Of a DNA stretch of 64,000 nt, positions 8,265 to 17,739 are shown in pieces. The notes under the pieces are model-generated. The model had not been told where the DNA came from and made no database searches. It saw nothing but the letters and a program-made list of their open reading frames with translations. The stretch spans positions 4,946 to 68,945 of the forward strand of contig CAZWLP010000005.1 in assembly GCA_964634565.1 (NCBI GenBank), in the 5' to 3' direction. The position numbers were made by a program, and so were the translations under genes. This stretch comes from an uncultured Rikenellaceae bacterium (GTDB taxonomy: Bacteria; Bacteroidota; Bacteroidia; Bacteroidales; VadinHA17). Position 1 is the stretch's first letter; each line of letters starts with the position of its first letter.

Positions 8265-10070
8265 ATGAGAAGAGCAAGTTTCCTTTTATTTCTTATGGTA
8301 ACTGTTATTGCCGGATGTTCCAGCAATAAAGAGGTAAATATTGATCTTAAATACGATCAGAATATTAGTCTCGAATACGACCAAGTAATAGATGCATACC
8401 AGCAACTTGCAGATGCATACAGTGAAGCCAGTCTTTCAGTTATAGGATATTCGGATATCGGCAAACCCCTTCACCTGTTTATGATGTCAAAAGACAGCGA
8501 CTTTGATCCGGCATCTATCAGAAAGAAAGGCAGGACAATTGTATTTATAAATAATGGAATTCATCCGGGAGAACCTGAAGGAATTGATGCAAGTATTCAA
8601 TTCTCATGGGACCTGCTTGCCGGCAAGAATGATCTTAAAAAATATCTCGATAATACAGTTATAGCAATTATTCCTGTTTATAATATTGGTGGAGCTCTCG
8701 ACAGAAGCAAATATTACAGGATGAACCAGAATGGACCGATCTATAAGGGAAGGAGAAGAAATGCAAAGAATATGGATCTTAATAGGGATTTTGCCAAGCA
8801 GGAGACTAAAAATGCACAGTCGTTTGCAAATATCTTCACCTACCTGAATCCGGATGTTTTTCTCGACACGCATACAACCAACGGTTCAGATCATCAATAC
8901 ACAATCACACTGATAGCAACACTTCATAGTAAACTTGAAGGCGAAATGGGCACCTTCTTTAAAGAAACTATGCTTCCTGCTCTTTATAAAGGAATGGAAG
9001 AAAACTCCGAATATGGTATGATACCTTATGTGGCAACAATGGGATTCGGAGATATTAAGAACGGTATTATAAGCTATAACGATCACCCCTATTATTCAAC
9101 CGGCTATGCTGCACTATTCAATTGCTACTCTTTTATGACCGAAAACCTTGTATATAAGTACTTCCCCGACCGCGTCAGATCTGTTGTAGATTTTATTACG
9201 CAACTTGTAAAATTTACAAGCGAAAATAATGATGAGATAAGAAAAACAAAGGATAAAGCCGACGAGCTGGTTAAGAATAAAGATCAATTTCATCTTGCCT
9301 GGCAGCTCGATACAGATTACAAAGAAAAACTATTTTTTAAGGGCTATGAATATGTTACTGACAAAGACAATTCTGCAAGAGGAAGAAGATCTGGCCATTA
9401 CGACCACAATAAACCATGGGAAGATACAATACCATACTATACCATATACAAGCCTGTTCTTTCAGTTAATAAGCCATATGCATATATAATCCCTCAAGCC
9501 TGGGAAGAAATTATCGATAAGTTTAATAATAATGGTATAGAGTCATTCAGACTTTCGGAAGATATCAATATAGAGGTAGAATGCTATTATATAGATAATG
9601 TAAATTCATCTGCCAGAGCAACCCAGGGTCATAGAATCAATAATAATGTGGAGGTACATACTATACTGCAGAATATGCAATATTACGAAGGTGACTATAT
9701 AGTTTTTGTAAACCAGCATGCAAACAAATATATTGTTGAAATGCTGGAACCGCATGCACCAAATTCTTTCTTTGCATGGAATTATTTTGATCCGATATTA
9801 GAGTCTCACGATTTCTACTCGATATGGGGATTTGAAAGTCATTTATACGAATTACTGGATGAAGATACAGAGCTAAGAGCTCTTCTCGAAGAAAAAAAAG
9901 AAGACAATCCGGAATTTGCAGCAGATCCTATTGCTCAACTACAATTCCTGTATGAAAATACAGATGCCTCTGAAATAGAAAAATGGAACAGATTATATCC
10001 GGTTACCCGAATACTTAACAAGCTTGATCTGTCTGTAAATAGCCAAAGTAAGCCAAATGAAAGAATTTGA
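8265..10070 (+). CDS. M14 family zinc carboxypeptidase, lipoprotein
   Basis: 601 aa. Lipobox VIAGC, zinc motif HPGEPEG (HxxE), NRDF, and a later His in DTHTTNG. Confidence 0.8.
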   Translation: MRRASFLLFLMVTVIAGCSSNKEVNIDLKYDQNISLEYDQVIDAYQQLADAYSEASLSVIGYSDIGKPLHLFMMSKDSDFDPASIRKKGRTIVFINNGIHPGEPEGIDASIQFSWDLLAGKNDLKKYLDNTVIAIIPVYNIGGALDRSKYYRMNQNGPIYKGRRRNAKNMDLNRDFAKQETKNAQSFANIFTYLNPDVFLDTHTTNGSDHQYTITLIATLHSKLEGEMGTFFKETMLPALYKGMEENSEYGMIPYVATMGFGDIKNGIISYNDHPYYSTGYAALFNCYSFMTENLVYKYFPDRVRSVVDFITQLVKFTSENNDEIRKTKDKADELVKNKDQFHLAWQLDTDYKEKLFFKGYEYVTDKDNSARGRRSGHYDHNKPWEDTIPYYTIYKPVLSVNKPYAYIIPQAWEEIIDKFNNNGIESFRLSEDINIEVECYYIDNVNSSARATQGHRINNNVEVHTILQNMQYYEGDYIVFVNQHANKYIVEMLEPHAPNSFFAWNYFDPILESHDFYSIWGFESHLYELLDEDTELRALLEEKKEDNPEFAADPIAQLQFLYENTDASEIEKWNRLYPVTRILNKLDLSVNSQSKPNERI

Positions 10071-11487
10071 TTCTGCGAAGTTCCGTGAAGAAGGACATAA
10101 AATTGTAGATAAATTAGCTGAGTATCTTGAAAATATTTCAAAAGGAGATTCTTATCCTGTTCTTCCGGATAATGATCCCGACGAACTGGCTTTATACTTC
10201 CTTAATAAACTTAATCAGGGCCCGGAACAGAATATTCAAAACATTATTGATGAATTTATAAAATCGTCAAATCACCTTCATCATCCTGGTTATATTGGTC
10301 ACCAATGCACCGCTCCCCTGCCCCTGGCATCGCTAACACATTTTACTGCAGGACTGCTTAACAACGGATCTGCAGTGTATGAAATGGGGCCTGCAAATAC
10401 AGCTATGGAAAGAGCAGTTATTAAGCACATATCTTCTATTATTGGATTCGATAATAAGGCTGATGGATTTCTGACTCATGGAGGAAGTGCGGGTAATCTA
10501 ACCGCATTGCTCGCTGCGCGTCAGGCTATGACTGAATATAATATCTGGAGCGAAGGTGTGAAGGAAAACAGTATCCCTGCTTTTATTGTATCAGAGCAAT
10601 CACATTACAGTGTCTCAAGAAACCTCAGAATAATGGGCCTGGGAGATGCAGCAACTGTAAATATAGCCGTCGACAGTAAGTTCAGGATAAGAACTGATTT
10701 ACTACCTGAGACACTTAAACAGGCTTCTCAAAAAGGCCTTAGCGTTATTGGTGTAGTAGCCAATGCCTGCTCAACCGCAACAGGCTCATATGACAACCTG
10801 ATAGCAATTAGTGATTTCTGCAAAGCGAATAATCTATGGTTACATGTCGATGGTGCTCATGGCATGGGTGCAATAATGTCTGAAAAGTACAGACACCTGG
10901 TCAGGGGTATTGAGAGAGCCGATTCGGTGATAATAGATTTTCACAAAATGTTTTTAATCCCCGGGCTTAATACCTGCGTACTGTTCAGGGATGGAGATCG
11001 CTCATATGAAACTTTTGCACAGAAAGCTTCCTACCTGTTTGATAAGACACATAAAAAAGACTGGTATAACGGAGCCAAGAGAACACTCGAATGCACCAAG
11101 AGCTCACTTGGCCTTCATGTCTACTCGATGTTCAGGTATTACGGTGATAAATTCTTTGGAAACTATATTGAAACAATGTACGATCTGGCCTCCGAGTTTA
11201 ATAAAGCAATAAACAGGTCGACAGACTTTGAAAGCATTATCACACCTGAATCTAATATAGTTTGCTTCAGATATTTAAATAATAAGGCACTATCAGACCT
11301 GAACAATATTAATCGCCTTATACGGGAAAAAGTAATAAAAGCAGGTAAGTTTTATATTGTACAGGCTGAACTTAATGAAAAAGTATGGCTTCGTGTTACA
11401 ATAATCAATCCGCAAACAACGATAAGTGATCTGCTGACATTACTGGATGAAATAAGAAGATTTGGAGAATCACCTGAGCTTACTTAA
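10057..11487 (+). CDS. group II pyridoxal-phosphate-dependent amino-acid decarboxylase
   Basis: 476 aa. Motifs HPGYIGHQ, GGSAGNL, VDGAHG, and PLP-lysine context SVIIDFHKMF. The ATG overlaps the upstream peptidase gene by 14 nt. Confidence 0.85.
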   Translation: MKEFDSAKFREEGHKIVDKLAEYLENISKGDSYPVLPDNDPDELALYFLNKLNQGPEQNIQNIIDEFIKSSNHLHHPGYIGHQCTAPLPLASLTHFTAGLLNNGSAVYEMGPANTAMERAVIKHISSIIGFDNKADGFLTHGGSAGNLTALLAARQAMTEYNIWSEGVKENSIPAFIVSEQSHYSVSRNLRIMGLGDAATVNIAVDSKFRIRTDLLPETLKQASQKGLSVIGVVANACSTATGSYDNLIAISDFCKANNLWLHVDGAHGMGAIMSEKYRHLVRGIERADSVIIDFHKMFLIPGLNTCVLFRDGDRSYETFAQKASYLFDKTHKKDWYNGAKRTLECTKSSLGLHVYSMFRYYGDKFFGNYIETMYDLASEFNKAINRSTDFESIITPESNIVCFRYLNNKALSDLNNINRLIREKVIKAGKFYIVQAELNEKVWLRVTIINPQTTISDLLTLLDEIRRFGESPELT

Positions 11488-12091
11488 CGTTGAAATCAAG
11501 CACCTTCTGACCCTCCAGAAAAGCTGTTAACCTGTCATTTTTCTTTACAGGTCCGGCACCTGCCGGTGTGCCGGTAAAAATAAGATCGCCGGTCTTAAGA
11601 GTAAAAAACCTTGATACATATGCTATAATATCTGCAAAACTGAAAATTAGACCGGAACTACTGGCAGATTGAACAGTTTCCCCGTTTTTCTCAAGACTGA
11701 ATGATATATCATCTATACTGCCGAGACTGCTCACAGAAATAAATTTACCAAGTGGAGCTGAGCCATCAAAACCCTTAGAGATAGACCATGGCATAATCTC
11801 ATCAGACAGGCTTTTTTGAAGATCACGGGCAGTAAAATCTATTCCAACAGTAATCTTATCGAAGTAACGATGGGCATACCTGGGTGCTATTGATCTTCCT
11901 ACTTTACAGATACTTAATACCAGCTCGGCCTCGTAGTCAATGGCAGAGTCATAGTCAGGAATAAAAAAAGGTTTATCATTTCTTATTATTGCAGAATCAG
12001 GTTTTATAAATACCAGTGGCCTGGAGGGTAGTTCTCTGTTCATCTCCCGGGCATGATCTTTATAATTTAAGCCGATGCAGATTATTTTCAT
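11480..12091 (-). CDS. fumarylacetoacetate hydrolase (FAH) family protein
   Basis: 203 aa. FAH C-terminal domain pattern YEAELVLSI ... GDLIFTGTPAGAGPV. Confidence 0.85.
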   Translation of the reverse strand: MKIICIGLNYKDHAREMNRELPSRPLVFIKPDSAIIRNDKPFFIPDYDSAIDYEAELVLSICKVGRSIAPRYAHRYFDKITVGIDFTARDLQKSLSDEIMPWSISKGFDGSAPLGKFISVSSLGSIDDISFSLEKNGETVQSASSSGLIFSFADIIAYVSRFFTLKTGDLIFTGTPAGAGPVKKNDRLTAFLEGQKVLDFNVK

Positions 12092-12107
12092 AAAAGGCTA
12101 AACTTAT

Positions 12108-12878
12108 CTACTTCTGATTAAACGACCTTAACCTTATCTCGGTAAGTATCTTTTTGGTATAGAGAGGAAAATCACCCTTCATCATCCATGCATAATAGCC
12201 GGGCTCATCTTTTAATACAGTTTCAACAAGTTTTCCTTTGTTCTTGCCAAAATTGAATATCTCATTGCCATCCTTATCAAAAACTATCCTTCCGGCAAGG
12301 TCGGCATGCTTATTATATGAACTAAACTCAGATAACTTATCTATATCATTACTAAGATTATCATAACGATCGAGCTGAGCCTTAAGTATTTCATAGGTTG
12401 CTGCCGTATCGGCCTCTGCGCTGTGAGCATTCTCCAGGCTCTTATCACAATAGAACTTATAAGCTGCCGACAGGGTTCTCTGCTCCATCTTATGAAATAT
12501 TACCTGGACATCAATATATTTTCTTTTTCTTAAATCAAAATCCACTTCTGCCCTTAAAAACTCTTCGGCCAGCACAGGGATATCAAACTTGATTGCATTA
12601 TAGCCGGCCAGGTCGCAGCCCTCAAGGAACTTTGCCAGATCCCTTGCAATATCAGCAAATGTAGGTTCATCCTTAACATCCTCATCACTTATACCATGTA
12701 CCTCGCTTGCTGAAGGACTGATAGGCATTTCGGGGTTAATTCTTTTTGTATACCACTCTTCGTCACCCTCAGGACTGACTTTAACAATTGAGATCTCAAT
12801 AATTCTGTCGCTAGCAACATTAATGCCCGTTGTTTCAAGGTCAAAAAATGCGATTGGTCGTTTTAAATTTAATTCCAT
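12108..12878 (-). CDS. DEDDh 3'-5' exonuclease (DnaQ/epsilon-like) with C-terminal extension
   Basis: 256 aa. Exo motifs FFDLETTG, GYNAIKFDIPVL and HSAEADTAAT. Lies directly downstream of dnaN. Confidence 0.85.
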   Translation of the reverse strand: MELNLKRPIAFFDLETTGINVASDRIIEISIVKVSPEGDEEWYTKRINPEMPISPSASEVHGISDEDVKDEPTFADIARDLAKFLEGCDLAGYNAIKFDIPVLAEEFLRAEVDFDLRKRKYIDVQVIFHKMEQRTLSAAYKFYCDKSLENAHSAEADTAATYEILKAQLDRYDNLSNDIDKLSEFSSYNKHADLAGRIVFDKDGNEIFNFGKNKGKLVETVLKDEPGYYAWMMKGDFPLYTKKILTEIRLRSFNQK

Positions 12879-12886
12879 GGAAATTG

Positions 12887-12912
12887 TTACTGGTTACTGG
12901 TTACATTGCTGG
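12887..12912. repeat. tandem 7-nt word TTACTGG x2 plus degenerate copy, 8 nt upstream of the exonuclease start
   Basis: TTACTGG TTACTGG TTACATTGCTGG. The mRNA-sense reading is CCAGTAA CCAGTAA. Confidence 0.85.
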
Positions 12913-12916
12913 ATTG

Positions 12917-12986
12917 TTATTTCGAACGAAGTGAGAAATCTCTACTTCAATATATAACAGATCCCTTGGTAAACTCGGGATGACAA
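12917..12986. repeat. imperfect inverted repeat (two diverged ~26-nt arms, ~18-nt spacer)
   Basis: Arm 1 is TTATTTCGAACGAAGTGAGAAATCTC (12917-12942). Arm 2 is AGATCCCTTGGTAAACTCGGGATGACA (12959-12985). The arms are only partly complementary (ends ...GAAATCT / AGATCCC..., ...TTCGAA / CTCGGGATGACA). Confidence 0.6.
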
Positions 12987-13034
12987 TCCCCCGCGCCCTT
13001 CCTGCCCGCCGAAGCCCTGGCGTAGGTGGGTGCC
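12987..13034. other. GC-rich island in the dnaN 3' region
   Basis: TCCCCCGCGCCCTTCCTGCCCGCCGAAGCCCTGGCGTAGGTGGGTGCC. By hand count, 37 of 48 nt are G or C, in an otherwise AT-rich spacer. Confidence 0.8.
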
Positions 13035-13038
13035 TTAG

Positions 13039-14169
13039 TTAGGCGTTTATCATCATAGGCATCAGAAGCATAAGCAAATCTTCTGATTCACTATCATTTT
13101 CAGAAGGCAGGAATAGTCCTGCTCTTGTAGGATCCGCAAGCTCTACGATAACATCCTGTGATGAGATATTGGATAGAATCTCCAGCATAAATACAGACTT
13201 AAAGCCTATTTCCATCTCTTCACCCTCATACTGACAGTTGATTCTCTCATAGGCAGAGATAGAAAAATCTATATCCTGTGCTGAGACCTTTATCTGGTTG
13301 CCTGTAAGTTCGAGTTTAACAAGGTTACTTGCCTGGTTAGAAAATACAGAAACTCTTTTAAGCGTATTTAAAAGCTCTATTCTGTCGACCGTAACTTTCC
13401 TGGGATTCTTTGAAGGTATCACCGAATTGTAATTGGGATAGTTACCCTCCACCAGTCTGCATACTACCTTATAATCAGCAAAAGTGAAAAACGCATTTTT
13501 ATCATCAAACTCCAATACCACCTGACCATCTTCTCTTGGCAGTATATTCTTAAGAAGCGATGCAGGCTTTTTGGGCAGTATAAACGAAGAGTTCTCTTCT
13601 GCCTTTGCATCGGCCCGCTTATAACGAACCAGCTTATGGGCATCCGAAGCCACAAAGTTTAACCCATCAGTACCTGCTTCTACAAAAATACCTCCCATAA
13701 CAGGTCTAAGTTCATCATCAGCTGTAGCGAAGAGTGTTTTACTGATTCCGGAAAACAATACTTCTGCCTCAATAGTAAAAGAGTATTTCTTATCTTCCTT
13801 AATTGCAGGAAGAACAGGAAAGTCTATTCCATTCTGGCCCACTATACTGAATTTACCTTTTTCTGAACTTATCACAACAGCAAGACTATCGGGATTTATA
13901 TCAAAGGTAAGAGGCTGCTCTGAAAATTCTTTCAGGGTATCAAGCAATATCCTGGCCGGAATGGCTATACTACCTTCCCCATCTGTATTTTCAAGTTTCA
14001 TTCCTGTAATAAGCGTTGATTCCAGATCAGATGCTGTAATCTCCAGTGTATTTGTCTCCAGTTTAAAAAGAAAATTATCCAGAATCGGAAGAGTATTCTT
14101 GGTACTGATTACCTTACTAATTCCCTGCAGGTGAGCCAGTAGTTCTGTACTTGATACAACAAATTTCAT
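13039..14169 (-). CDS. dnaN: DNA polymerase III beta sliding clamp
   Basis: 376 aa. MKFVVSSTELLAHLQGISKVI, three-domain clamp length, C-terminal LLMLLMPMMINA. Confidence 0.93.
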   Translation of the reverse strand: MKFVVSSTELLAHLQGISKVISTKNTLPILDNFLFKLETNTLEITASDLESTLITGMKLENTDGEGSIAIPARILLDTLKEFSEQPLTFDINPDSLAVVISSEKGKFSIVGQNGIDFPVLPAIKEDKKYSFTIEAEVLFSGISKTLFATADDELRPVMGGIFVEAGTDGLNFVASDAHKLVRYKRADAKAEENSSFILPKKPASLLKNILPREDGQVVLEFDDKNAFFTFADYKVVCRLVEGNYPNYNSVIPSKNPRKVTVDRIELLNTLKRVSVFSNQASNLVKLELTGNQIKVSAQDIDFSISAYERINCQYEGEEMEIGFKSVFMLEILSNISSQDVIVELADPTRAGLFLPSENDSESEDLLMLLMPMMINA

Positions 14170-14307
14170 ATTATCGAGTAATTTAAATTTAAACAGTAAA
14201 AAAAGAGAAGTTACAAATCCCTGTAAATGTTATAATTGTAAGATTGTCACTCTCTTTGTACCGATTACCAATATTAGTAAAAAAAACCATTATCCTCAAA
14301 TAAAAAA

Positions 14308-15273
14308 TCAGTCGCTTATAAAATATTCTGCACTTTTAATTAAAGGATCAATATCGAAAAACCTTGCAATAAAAACATCACTCCCACCGTCAAGCGCTCC
14401 ATATAACCTGTCGGTATCAGGTGCCGGTCCCCCAGGAGTATCAATCAACCTGGTCCAGAATCGCGCAACTACCTTATTCCCATCACTTAAGCCAACCTTA
14501 ATAATTATTTCAGGCTCAGAGTTTATAATCTTTGCAACAGTTTCCTTATCAGAATCAATAGCCCATGTCTCAAAAGGAATAAAAGTAAAATATGTTATAT
14601 ACCTGCGAATCTTATCCTGCTTAGCATCTACTGACGGGCTTCCATTAATAAATAAACTATTCTCCTTTTTACCGGTAACAATAAGAATATCATTCATTCC
14701 GGGGTCTTTATATATAAGCTCCACCGAACTAATTATATCTGGCTTAAGATTGAATATATAATATGGCATCCAGAACTTACTATCAGTCACAAAATTATAT
14801 CCAGGATCAATATCATAAGCAGGAAGTGTAACAAAGAAAGGCTTTGATTTCAGGCTCTTCCTAAAGATACTTCCATACGGCGAATCAGGATTTTTATAGA
14901 TAAGGTAATTATTCGCTTTTTTTCTTCCCGTAATTTGTACCCTCAGCGGTTCAATATGCTTAACTTCCACCAGTTCCCTGTAAAGATCATCAGAAACAGG
15001 TGATTTTATTTCAACACTGGCGATAGCTTTTAAAATAAAGTCTATAGCCGATTTCCTCGCAATAAATAAACCATTTACCTCCCAATCATTACCAGATTTC
15101 TCAAGTAAGAGCGTCTTATCTTTTTCTGATATTCTGATCGAATTAACATCGTCTACCCAATCGATTGCAAAGCCACTATTACTTCTCCCATAGGGCACAC
15201 GCACCTTAAAAACAATTACAATAGCAATTAATATTAGCAGTAAGGCCACCAATATGCCCATGCTTCTCCTCAT
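14308..15273 (-). CDS. DUF4340-like protein downstream of gldG
   Basis: 321 aa with an N-terminal TM anchor. It overlaps gldG by 4 nt, the usual position of DUF4340 partners of GldG-type proteins. The family call is from memory. Confidence 0.55.
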   Translation of the reverse strand: MRRSMGILVALLLILIAIVIVFKVRVPYGRSNSGFAIDWVDDVNSIRISEKDKTLLLEKSGNDWEVNGLFIARKSAIDFILKAIASVEIKSPVSDDLYRELVEVKHIEPLRVQITGRKKANNYLIYKNPDSPYGSIFRKSLKSKPFFVTLPAYDIDPGYNFVTDSKFWMPYYIFNLKPDIISSVELIYKDPGMNDILIVTGKKENSLFINGSPSVDAKQDKIRRYITYFTFIPFETWAIDSDKETVAKIINSEPEIIIKVGLSDGNKVVARFWTRLIDTPGGPAPDTDRLYGALDGGSDVFIARFFDIDPLIKSAEYFISD

Positions 15274-16985
15274 TCGCTTATCCTTAATGAATATTTTTTT
15301 CTCCTGAACCAGGTATAAATAATCCCCGACATAACTACCAGCAAAACAGGTCCCAGGCTATTTAATAGCTGCCAGCTTACTTTTCCCTTACTGATCTTTT
15401 CCTTGTCGAGAAGTCTGAGTTTAAGTTCTCTTGATCTAAGATCCATTATACCCTTATCATCAACCAGATAGTTTAGAGCATTTACAAGGAAATCTTTATT
15501 ACCGTATATCTGCTGTGTGCTTCGATCCTGACCGAGAGTAAGGGGAACCAGGTGATCACCTTCACGCCTGACTGCATTTCTGATAATATCTCCATCGGCT
15601 ACAACTATCATCTTATTATATACACTGCTTGTAAGCAGGGGTTTACCATTATAGTTATTAATCCGGTTAGCATATAAGGATGGAAATACTCCTTCAAGTG
15701 CAACAGCTACAGGGAGATAAGATTTATTAAAAAGTTCTTCCGATGGACGTTCCCTGAACTCTGATAAAGATATCAACATCGGAGGACTGATATACCTGCT
15801 GGCCGGTGAGGTAGCCAGTAATACCTTTTTACTTATATTGCTGCCCGAACCAACTGTATCTATATAATTTACAAACTCGCCCCTGACCTTATTGATAGCC
15901 CTTGTTACCGGGCTTCTGAGGGATGGATAAAGCAGAGGATTATATAGCCATTCAACAGGTATTGGCTGCTGTTGCACACCTTCAAAACTACTGATAAGGG
16001 GTATTATCTGGCAGTCGAGATCCTGAATTAAGACAGGATTGACTCTTACGCCGTATTTAAATAGCTGGTCCTCTATTTCAAGTGGTTTATAAAATGCCAT
16101 ACTCCCTCCTGCTGAAAGACTGTCTGTATTTACATAGACTGCGTCGACAAGCCACATAACCTTGCCTCCCTTCATTATATACTGATCTATTACAAGTTTA
16201 TCCTCTTCAGTAAAAACACTTTCAGGTTTAGCTATTACGATAGCAGAGTAAGGATCGAGTATTCCGGCTACGCCATTAATGGTACCCCTGTCGATAGTAA
16301 AGAATTTGGCCAGCTCTAGTGTCAGGTCAGCTACTTCAACTTCAGCAAGTTCATTATGACCTTCAATAAATGCTATACGATAAATAGTATCGGATGTAAT
16401 TGTGGCTATTGAGCTTATCAGTTCATACTCCAATCCCTCAATTGAATGAGTTAGATTCTGTTCGGCAGGTATAGCAGGATTATTGCGCAGAAAATTTACT
16501 GGCATCTCTATCCCGTTATAATTTACAATTAAGCCAGGAAATATTATTTTTTCCGATTGCCCCCCCTCTTTATCTTCAGCCATTATTGTTACCGGTACAA
16601 GACCCTTGTTTATAAGCGACATCTGGTACCTGTATCTCTCTTCAGGATCATCTGATCCTGAAGGATTTATAAACTGGTAATCCACCTTCTTTCCTGAAGC
16701 CAGCCTGAATTCATCCAGTTTAGCAGTAAGCTCCCTGCGTAATCTCGAAAATTCAACTCTCAGGTCTCCATCCAGAAAAACCTGGATAAAAATATCATTC
16801 TCAAGCTCATCCAGAATTATTCTTGTCTGCTCCGAGAGGGTATACCTCTTTTCGGAGGTAAGATCAATCCTTAGATTTATTTTCGCAAGCAGGAGGCCAA
16901 GAATAATAAGAAGAAAGATTATCGATAAAAATTCGCTGATATATTTTGCTTTACCTTTCATGCTACTTATTAATTCTTCTTCCAT
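15270..16985 (-). CDS. gldG: gliding-motility-associated ABC transporter accessory protein GldG
   Basis: 571 aa with N- and C-terminal TM anchors and a large ABC-type uncharacterised transport system domain. It overlaps gldF by 16 nt. Confidence 0.75.
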   Translation of the reverse strand: MEEELISSMKGKAKYISEFLSIIFLLIILGLLLAKINLRIDLTSEKRYTLSEQTRIILDELENDIFIQVFLDGDLRVEFSRLRRELTAKLDEFRLASGKKVDYQFINPSGSDDPEERYRYQMSLINKGLVPVTIMAEDKEGGQSEKIIFPGLIVNYNGIEMPVNFLRNNPAIPAEQNLTHSIEGLEYELISSIATITSDTIYRIAFIEGHNELAEVEVADLTLELAKFFTIDRGTINGVAGILDPYSAIVIAKPESVFTEEDKLVIDQYIMKGGKVMWLVDAVYVNTDSLSAGGSMAFYKPLEIEDQLFKYGVRVNPVLIQDLDCQIIPLISSFEGVQQQPIPVEWLYNPLLYPSLRSPVTRAINKVRGEFVNYIDTVGSGSNISKKVLLATSPASRYISPPMLISLSEFRERPSEELFNKSYLPVAVALEGVFPSLYANRINNYNGKPLLTSSVYNKMIVVADGDIIRNAVRREGDHLVPLTLGQDRSTQQIYGNKDFLVNALNYLVDDKGIMDLRSRELKLRLLDKEKISKGKVSWQLLNSLGPVLLVVMSGIIYTWFRRKKYSLRISE

Positions 16986-17710
16986 TTAGCTGATATCAAT
17001 ACCAGTCGTGTTGATTCCAGGAATATAATAATGCATATAAAGAAATAGCTAATATCCTTTATATCAATTACACCACGGCTCATAGATTTATAATGCTCAT
17101 TTATACCCAGAGATGATAAAAATGACTCCACCTTTTTAAACCCCTCAACAAGTGAAAATATTTCAAACCCTATATACATAATTATACTTATCAGCACTGC
17201 GATAATAAATGCAACTACCTGGTTATCTGTTAATGACGATGCAAACACTCCGCAGGCAGCATAAATTGAGGCAAGGAAGAATAGTCCTATATATGCTCCC
17301 CATGTTCCTCCAGTATCCAGATTCCCCGGAGTCTCGCCCATATAGTATACAGATATATAGTATATCAGTCCCGGTAACATTGCCAGCAGCACCAGAGCTA
17401 CTCCCCCAAGAAACTTACCATAAACTATCTGTCGCTCACTTAAAGGCCTTGAAAGGAGAACTTCCATCGTTCCATTCCTCTTTTCTTCTGCAATTGTCCT
17501 CATTGTTACAGCAGGCACCAGGAAAAGGAAGATCCAGGGCGAGAGTATAAACATTGTATCCATACCTGCGTAAGCACTGTCAATAATATTCCATTCTCCG
17601 GGAAGAATCCACATAAACAGCGAATTGATAAGCAGGTAGACAATTATTACCACATAGCCTGTAAGGTTATTAAAAAAACCACCAACTTCTCTTTTAAAAA
17701 TCTCTAACAT
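16970..17710 (-). CDS. gldF: gliding-motility-associated ABC transporter permease GldF
   Basis: 246 aa, ABC-2 type permease. N-terminus MLEIFKREVGGFFNNLTGYVVI resembles GldF. Also AEEKRNGTMEVLLSRPLS. Confidence 0.78.
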   Translation of the reverse strand: MLEIFKREVGGFFNNLTGYVVIIVYLLINSLFMWILPGEWNIIDSAYAGMDTMFILSPWIFLFLVPAVTMRTIAEEKRNGTMEVLLSRPLSERQIVYGKFLGGVALVLLAMLPGLIYYISVYYMGETPGNLDTGGTWGAYIGLFFLASIYAACGVFASSLTDNQVVAFIIAVLISIIMYIGFEIFSLVEGFKKVESFLSSLGINEHYKSMSRGVIDIKDISYFFICIIIFLESTRLVLISAKWKKN

Positions 17711-17739
17711 CCATTAATCAATTTGGTATATAAAAATAA

